Below are positions 58,511 through 64,000 of a DNA stretch of 64,000 nucleotides, piece by piece; within the stretch, counting starts at the first letter, position 1; each line of letters begins with the position of its first letter. This DNA is from Ostreococcus lucimarinus (Eukaryota). Both the position numbers and the translations under genes were made by a program. Below the pieces are notes generated by a model that worked only from the letters and a program-made list of their open reading frames with translations, was not told the DNA's origin and searched no databases. Where the stretch lies: NCBI GenBank assembly GCA_000092065.1, contig CP000582.1; one strand, 5' to 3'.

Positions 58511-59131
58511 ATGTCGCGCGCCGACGGCGACGCGCTCGAGACGCGTCGCCTGTTCGGCGGCGCCGTCGTCCTCGACGTCCCGAGGCGGTTTCGCGATCTC
58601 TCGAGCGTCGTCCCGGTGCCCGACCACCAAGAGGTGTTCGCCGACGGCGCGCGCGACGAGACGCTCGTCGTCGAGCTCGTCGACGCGATCGCGCGCGAGG
58701 GCGAAGATTTGCGCGCGTTCGCGTTCGCGGACGCGTGCGAGGAGATGGAAGCGTCGAGCGCGACGTACGTGCGCGGACGCGAGCGCGCGCGAGGCGAGGA
58801 CGACGCGCGCGGGCGCGGGACGAGCGAGACGCACGTCGCGTACGGCGTCGCGCGCGTGCGACGGTCGCGAGAGACGAGCGCGAACGATATTGATTTGTGG
58901 GGCGGAATCGTGCGCGTGGCGTCGAAACGAACGGACGCGTTGATTTGGCACGCGCGACCGTTCGCGTTTGACGGCGACGCGACGACGCCGGGAGGGGAGC
59001 GCGCGAGACCGAGCGACGCCGACGCCGTGCGCGCGGGCGCCGTGGAGTGCTCGGACGTGTTAGACGCGGCGTTGAATTCGTTCGAGATCGTCGATTGGGG
59101 GTTATTCGGCGACGAGGCCGGCGAAGGGTAG
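58511..59131 (+). CDS. MOG1: Mog1/RANGRF-like Ran guanine-nucleotide release factor (PsbP-fold)
   Basis: ATG at 58511. N-terminal Mog1 block RRLFGGAVVLDVPRRFRDLSSVVPVPDHQEVFADGARDETLVVELV (human CPLFGGAFSAILP...DLRPVPDNQEVF...DQSLIVELLE). Confidence 0.65.
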   Translation: MSRADGDALETRRLFGGAVVLDVPRRFRDLSSVVPVPDHQEVFADGARDETLVVELVDAIAREGEDLRAFAFADACEEMEASSATYVRGRERARGEDDARGRGTSETHVAYGVARVRRSRETSANDIDLWGGIVRVASKRTDALIWHARPFAFDGDATTPGGERARPSDADAVRAGAVECSDVLDAALNSFEIVDWGLFGDEAGEG

Positions 59132-59271
59132 CTCGTATTGTATTCGGTAAAGTCGCTCGAGACGCGCGCGACGCCTGACTCGCCACATCTCGACGCGCAT
59201 CTTCGTTCTCGCGAGCGCGCGAGCGCGCGCGGCGCCGCACGATCGACGAACGACGCACCGCACGCGTCGAG

Positions 59272-61185
59272 ATGTCCTTATCACTCGATCCCGCGCGTGA
59301 ACGCGACGTTTTCGTTGAATGGGTGCGAAAGATGCACCTCCGCGCGCCAATCTTGCCGCCCGCGTACGTCCCGTACGACGACGCGAAGGCGGTGAGATCG
59401 CCGCGGGCGATCGCGCGTGATGCGCTGCTCGCGTTCGGTGCGGCAGTGAAGATCGAAAAGCTGCGCGATGGAGACGAGGACGCGGACGGGACGGAAAGCG
59501 AGACGACGAGCGGGACGACGACGGAGACGCTGTATAGAATCAAGGCGACGACGTCGCGAGGGTTAGAGTTGTTCGATAGCGACGTCACGGGCGTACCGAG
59601 ACGAGTCGTTTTGAACGATGAACACTGTGACGTGACGCGTGGGGTGGAAGTGGCGCTGATGAATATGGCGGCGGGGGCGCGGTGGCGCGCTCGATGCGAC
59701 TGGAGCGCGACGTACGGACACGACACGGCGAAGGCGCGAAGGTTGATCCCAGACCCGCGTTTGCGCGAGGGAGATGCGATTATATACGAGCTGGAGGTGG
59801 TGAACCGCATGCCCGTTCACGTGGTGCGCGTTCGAGAGCTTGAAGATGGATCCTCGGTGGCGCTCGCCGGAGGCGGTTGGGCGAGATGCACGAAAAAGAC
59901 GACTACAAGTGGAGGCGGGTGGGAGACGCCGAGACCACCTTTTGAGGTGACGATAGAGACTAGCGCGATGTTGGTGAAAGGTAAAACGAAAACGGGCGAC
60001 GAGCACGGTGAAGATGAGTTTATGGAGAAGAGGGTGGTGAGTTACGTTGTCGGAGACGGGCGGGTGCCGCTGGCGCTCGACGCGGCGGTGCGTACAATGC
60101 GCTTGAACGAAGAGGCGTTAGTGTGGAGCAACTACAGCGGATTCGGCAAAAACGTCACAAAGGCGTCGAAGCTTCGACGACTGATTCCGGCGCTTCCGAG
60201 CGATGGTTCCGAGCCCCTTCACGGCGTGGCGTACAAGGTGAAACTCGCGGCGATGCGACACGTGCGAGACGTCTTTAACGACGGCACGACAAAGAAGACA
60301 CGAACGCGCGAAGGTTTGGGCCAGTTCCCTTCTGACTGTCCCATGAATGATTGCATGGTGCGTGTGCACTTCATCCTGTCCACCGCGACAGCGATTGGCG
60401 CGCACAGCTCCTTGGCAGAGCGCTACGACACGCGCTCTGACGCTTCGTTGAAAGGCGCGCCATTCGAGTTTCGTCTCGGTTGTGGAGCGCTCCCTGAAGC
60501 TGTGGAAACGTCGATTCGCTTGATGATTCCAAAAGAAGAATCACGCGTAGTTCTCGACTTGACACTTGGCGAAGAAGCTCGTCAGCGAGGATACGGCGCG
60601 AAGAATTGTCGTCCAGACGCGCCGGGGAGCAAGTTCGGCGTCGTCGCGAACCTCGCCATGATTCAATGGGACGTCGTTCTCGAATCGTTCGACGCGGCTG
60701 TGAATTGGTATCAAGCAGATGTGAGCGACATGCTCGAAGAGGCGTTGTTGATCAAAGAAGAGGCGAATGCACTATTCAAGACGGAGGTGTACGAACTCGC
60801 GCGAGCCAAGTACGAAAAGACGCTCCACAAACTTGAGAGTCTTCGAGGGTTAGAGTCTAGCGATTTCGATCGCGTGGAAGCGATGAAATGTACTCTTGCG
60901 CTCAATCTCGTGGCAAGCTTACAGAAACTCCACCGACACGTCGACGCTCTGAAGCGAGTGAACAAGATTTTGGACTCGGATCCGGTGAACGCCAAGGCGT
61001 TGTTTCGACGATCTGTCTCCTACCTCGCCCTTCACGAGTTTGTCGCCGCGCGAGACGATTTATTCGCGTGTTTAGATGCGAATCCTAGCTTACAGAGCAC
61101 CGTAGCGAAACAATTGGACTTAGTCAAGCGCACCGAGGCGCAAGAACTCGAGTGCGAGCGCGCCGTCTTTCGAGGCAAATTCTAA
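59272..61185 (+). CDS. FKBP-type peptidyl-prolyl isomerase-like protein with C-terminal TPR repeats (FKBP62/PAS1-like)
   Basis: ATG at 59272. Degenerate FKBP domains (GVEVALMNMAAGARWRARCDWSATYG, VPLALDAAVRTMRLNEEALV, AVETSIRLMIPKEESRVV), then three TPR units (EEANALFKTEVYELARAKYEKTL, KCTLALNLVASLQKLHRHVDALKRVNKILDSDPVNAKALFRRSVSYLAL, EFVAARDDLFACLDANPS). Confidence 0.65.
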   Translation: MSLSLDPARERDVFVEWVRKMHLRAPILPPAYVPYDDAKAVRSPRAIARDALLAFGAAVKIEKLRDGDEDADGTESETTSGTTTETLYRIKATTSRGLELFDSDVTGVPRRVVLNDEHCDVTRGVEVALMNMAAGARWRARCDWSATYGHDTAKARRLIPDPRLREGDAIIYELEVVNRMPVHVVRVRELEDGSSVALAGGGWARCTKKTTTSGGGWETPRPPFEVTIETSAMLVKGKTKTGDEHGEDEFMEKRVVSYVVGDGRVPLALDAAVRTMRLNEEALVWSNYSGFGKNVTKASKLRRLIPALPSDGSEPLHGVAYKVKLAAMRHVRDVFNDGTTKKTRTREGLGQFPSDCPMNDCMVRVHFILSTATAIGAHSSLAERYDTRSDASLKGAPFEFRLGCGALPEAVETSIRLMIPKEESRVVLDLTLGEEARQRGYGAKNCRPDAPGSKFGVVANLAMIQWDVVLESFDAAVNWYQADVSDMLEEALLIKEEANALFKTEVYELARAKYEKTLHKLESLRGLESSDFDRVEAMKCTLALNLVASLQKLHRHVDALKRVNKILDSDPVNAKALFRRSVSYLALHEFVAARDDLFACLDANPSLQSTVAKQLDLVKRTEAQELECERAVFRGKF

Positions 61186-61238
61186 ATTTAAATTCACTCT
61201 TGTGCACGATTGCACGCTAACAGCGCTAAACGAAGCCG

Positions 61239-61829
61239 CTAAACAAAGTATTTCGCCATCTGAATCTCCTTCCTCACGTATCCGCATCGCTCATAAAATC
61301 CGGCGTTTGCCTCCGAGCAGTCCAGAATCACCTTGTAACAACCGGCAAACTCCGCCGCCTTCGTCAACGCTTCAATGATTACCCTACCCAGATCCTTGCC
61401 TCGTTCGTTCGAATCCACCACTACGTCTTCAATGTGTCCACACGTCCCGCAATTCCGCGTAAACTTTCGTTCGAGCAGCAGCGTCCCGCTCGCCACCACG
61501 CGCGTCCCGCACGCGCTCTCGATCACGTACACGTACTCCGGGCCATCCGCGATCGCGCGGAAGCGACGCTTAAAATCGCCCTCGCCGACCGTGGTGAGTT
61601 GACTCAGAAGTGCGCGGAAGCCCTTGCGGTCGTCGTCGGCGCGCAATCGGCGCACGGTGATCGGGGAGGCGTCGGGACCGGCTTTATGGTTAGTCACTCG
61701 GAGTCGCCTGGGCGGCGCCCGGAGCGAGTCCCTGATGCGGTTGATGCGCCGGAACAGCGCGCTGGTGAACAAACCGAGGACGAATGTGAAGGAGCCGCGC
61801 TTGGAGACGTACATGGCGGCACCGGACAT
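61239..61829 (-). CDS. GNA1: glucosamine-6-phosphate N-acetyltransferase (GNA1, GNAT family) with N-terminal hydrophobic segment
   Basis: ATG at 61829 (minus). Aligns with human GNPNAT1: RRLRADDDRKGFRALLSQLTTVGEG ([24 protein letters not shown]), CGHIEDVVVDSNERGKDLGRVII ([23 protein letters not shown]), GCYKVILDCSEANAGFYERCGY ([22 protein letters not shown]). Confidence 0.8.
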   Translation of the reverse strand: MSGAAMYVSKRGSFTFVLGLFTSALFRRINRIRDSLRAPPRRLRVTNHKAGPDASPITVRRLRADDDRKGFRALLSQLTTVGEGDFKRRFRAIADGPEYVYVIESACGTRVVASGTLLLERKFTRNCGTCGHIEDVVVDSNERGKDLGRVIIEALTKAAEFAGCYKVILDCSEANAGFYERCGYVRKEIQMAKYFV

Positions 61830-61947
61830 GACTGCGTTCGGGACGCGCGAGGCGAAGACTGGCGAGCGGCGGTTACCAAACGTCGAGAAAGGCTCTGACT
61901 AGGAATGAATGTCACTATTAAATGAACGCGCGAATGCGTTCAGTCGT

Positions 61948-63360
61948 TTAGGGCTGCGTCGATTCTACGTCGTTTTCCGCGAGGTCGTCGTCGCCGATGC
62001 ACTTGATGGAGCCGCACCAAAGCCCGCCCGCATCGTCGTCGATGTACAGCTCGAGCGCGGCGGAGATCAGGACGAAGGCTGAGCTCGCCCAGAAGCATGC
62101 GGCGAAACCTTCGACGGTGGAGCCGACGTAGGAGTAAAGCGCGCCGCTAATGATGGTGCCTATGAGTCGGCCGAATGCGTTGGCCATGTAATAAAAGCCG
62201 ACGTTTATCGCCACCTTGTTTCCGTCGGCGTACTTGACCACCAAGTAGGAATGAATGGCTGAGTTCACGGCGAATAAATACGCGAAGACGAAGACACCGA
62301 CAAAGATGACGACCGTTTTCGTCGTCGTCGCGCCCGAATGGTTTTGAAACGCGCTCGATTGTATGAAACCACCGAGGAAGAGCGGTACGCTCACCAGCGC
62401 CACGTTCCAAATCACCGCCACGTGCTTGTTCGGCGGATTTTGATTGAGCGGTTTGAGAAACAGTTGCGGCGTCCACGCTTGCAACTGCCCGTAAACGATG
62501 ATATAGCCCGCGAGAAGCGCACCGACGGCAGAGCGCGGCCAACCCATTCCCTCGGCGCTTCGCAAGAAGAACGGCAGCGGCACCTCAAACCACAAATCTC
62601 GGCTCCCGAACAAAAACATCCGACTCAGCGAGAGAATGTTCATATTATAGCTTTGTTTAAACACCGTACTCATGGTGATGTTCGCCTTCGCCACTCGACC
62701 GAGGGAATTATCCAGTCCGAACACCGCGAACGGTAACGCCGCGGCGACGAGCGCGATTTGCATCCAAAGCGCCGCCTCGTAACTCACCCCGAGCATCGCC
62801 GCGCCGATGAAGTACCCCACCCCCTTAAAGCTATTCTTCAATCCGGTGATCGCGCTCACGAGCTTGAATAACGACTTTTGCTTATCCTCAGGCGTCACGA
62901 GTTTCGTCACCGTCTTCCCTCCCAGCTTCGTCAAGTCCTTCGCGACGCCGCAAATCGCCTGCGCGACGGTGACGAACGCGATCGCCTCGCGCTTCGACCA
63001 CCCGTCGTCCCACGCGAACAGCATCCCCAACCCCACCACTTGCAATCCCAGCCCCGCGCACAGCGTCTGTCGCACCCCAAATCGCGCGCCCGCGACGCCG
63101 GCGCACAGATTCGTCGCCGCGCCGCACAATTCGTACAGCGTAAACATCGTCGCCACCTCCATCGCCTCGAACCCTCGCGCGTACGCGTGCATGAGCACCA
63201 GCATCCGCACCGCGCCGTCCGTCATCGTAAACAGAACGTATGAGATGGAGATCACCGCGAACGGACCCAGGAACGTTTTCTTCGCCTCGCGCGCCGCTCG
63301 TCCGTCGTCCATCGCGCGCGCGCGCGTCGCCGATGCGGCGTCCGGTCGGCCGTCCGCCAT
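61948..63360 (-). CDS. major facilitator superfamily permease of bacterial type (possibly ArsJ-like organoarsenical efflux family; unverified)
   Basis: ATG at 63360 (minus). 12 predicted TM segments in 6+6 arrangement with central loop. MFS motif-A-like GVAGARFGVRQTL between TM2 and TM3; N-terminal block YVLFTMTDGAVRMLVLMHAYARGFEAMEVATMFTLYELCG. The ArsJ assignment is from memory of that family and needs a database check. Confidence 0.6.
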   Translation of the reverse strand: MADGRPDAASATRARAMDDGRAAREAKKTFLGPFAVISISYVLFTMTDGAVRMLVLMHAYARGFEAMEVATMFTLYELCGAATNLCAGVAGARFGVRQTLCAGLGLQVVGLGMLFAWDDGWSKREAIAFVTVAQAICGVAKDLTKLGGKTVTKLVTPEDKQKSLFKLVSAITGLKNSFKGVGYFIGAAMLGVSYEAALWMQIALVAAALPFAVFGLDNSLGRVAKANITMSTVFKQSYNMNILSLSRMFLFGSRDLWFEVPLPFFLRSAEGMGWPRSAVGALLAGYIIVYGQLQAWTPQLFLKPLNQNPPNKHVAVIWNVALVSVPLFLGGFIQSSAFQNHSGATTTKTVVIFVGVFVFAYLFAVNSAIHSYLVVKYADGNKVAINVGFYYMANAFGRLIGTIISGALYSYVGSTVEGFAACFWASSAFVLISAALELYIDDDAGGLWCGSIKCIGDDDLAENDVESTQP

Positions 63361-63570
63361 CGTCCGCGAAACGTCCTCGCGCGGCCAGCGATCGCGCGTT
63401 TCCGGCGCGCGCGCGCGAGCGAGAAATCACCGCCCGCGCGCCCGCGCGCCGCGCGACGCGCGCGTCGAGCGCGCGTCCCGCGCGATTCCGGCGCGCGTCG
63501 AGAGGTGAGGAATATTCCCGTCGAACTTCGTAACGACTCGAATCGTCACATCGCGACGACTTCTCGAGGC

Positions 63571-64000
63571 ATGCCGCGCGTGCGCGCGCTCGCGGACGCG
63601 CGCGATCTGACGAATAAAATCGTTCTCGTCCGCGTCGATCACAACTGCGTGAAGCGCGGCGTCGTGCGCGACGTGCACAGGATCGAACAGTCGCTGCCGA
63701 CGCTGTACAACATCGTCGAGCGCGGCGGACGACCGATCCTGATGACGCACGTCAATCGACCGCGAAGCGCGAAGACGGGGGAGATCGCGCGCGATGACGA
63801 CGAGGACGGCGTGGCGGCGATCGTGGACGTGCTGCGGATGAAACTGGGGGTGACGTTCGCGGCGCCGAGCTTTCGAAGCGACGGCGCGCGAGGGATACGA
63901 AGCGTGGACACGAGCGTGAACTTCTTGCTGGACGATCTGCGAGCGCGGAGGATCGGAGGGATATACCTGCCGAACACGCGGTGGTTCGAGGGCGAAGAGG
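63571..64000 (+). CDS. phosphoglycerate kinase-like protein (divergent PGK N-domain), 3'-truncated by window end
   Basis: Not in ORF track (no stop before window end). ATG at about 63571; frame open to 64000. PGK N-domain blocks with substitutions: KIVLVRVDHNCV (PGK: KRVFVRVDFNVP), RIEQSLPTLYNIV (RIRAALPTIKYLL), ILMTHVNRPR (VLMSHLGRPDG), GGIYLPNTRWFEGEE (ILLENLRFHVEEE). The 3-PG-binding Arg/His/Arg positions appear retained. Confidence 0.55.
   Translation, partial: MPRVRALADARDLTNKIVLVRVDHNCVKRGVVRDVHRIEQSLPTLYNIVERGGRPILMTHVNRPRSAKTGEIARDDDEDGVAAIVDVLRMKLGVTFAAPSFRSDGARGIRSVDTSVNFLLDDLRARRIGGIYLPNTRWFEGEE

Noticed and set aside
1-64000. Prokaryotic-style operons, mobile elements, prophage or defence islands
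   Set aside because: No transposase, integrase, reverse transcriptase, terminal inverted repeats or phage genes were recognised. Gene order shows no functional operon logic; the apparent clustering of tRNA-related genes is most likely chance in a very dense genome. The only locus with system-like logic is the MFS/PGK-like pair, reported as a finding.

Overview
GC-rich (~65%) eukaryotic nuclear DNA, very gene-dense (about 48 protein-coding genes plus one tRNA in 64 kb), most likely from a prasinophyte green alga (Mamiellophyceae, Micromonas-like). The eukaryotic call rests on a tRNA-Pro(AGG) with an intron at the canonical 37/38 position, three spliceosomal GT..AG introns, and plastid and mitochondrial targeting presequences. 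The green-lineage call rests on thylakoid-type proteins (PsbP-like, PAM68-like), a PPR protein, and UGUAA-like poly(A) signals after several stop codons. Most genes are single-exon; many are arranged head to head with shared promoters of under 150 bp. Recognisable products include an eEF3-type ABC-F translation factor, bifunctional mRNA capping enzyme, CLC channel, PEX12, IWS1, glyoxalase I, EF-Ts, NhaA antiporter, TrmA/TRM2-like methyltransferase, UDP-glucuronate 4-epimerase, FAH-family hydrolase, peptide deformylase, PCF11-like factor, tRNase Z, RPS26, Mog1, FKBP-TPR isomerase and GNA1. The six-frame track starts ORFs at GTG/TTG and lists many Arg/Ala-rich antisense ORFs that are GC-composition artefacts; I re-anchored starts to the first plausible ATG by codon arithmetic from track coordinates. 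Coordinates I read directly from the text (tRNA, repeats, introns) may be off by 1-2 nt. Main findings beyond plain annotation are three spliceosomal introns, two of which expose genes or exons the ORF track misses, and an intron-containing tRNA. There is a 40-bp minisatellite in a bidirectional promoter and a 160-bp tandem repeat holding the stop codons of two convergent genes. A bacterial-type MFS permease sits head to head with a divergent phosphoglycerate-kinase-like gene. No prokaryotic operons, CRISPR arrays or transposable elements were seen.
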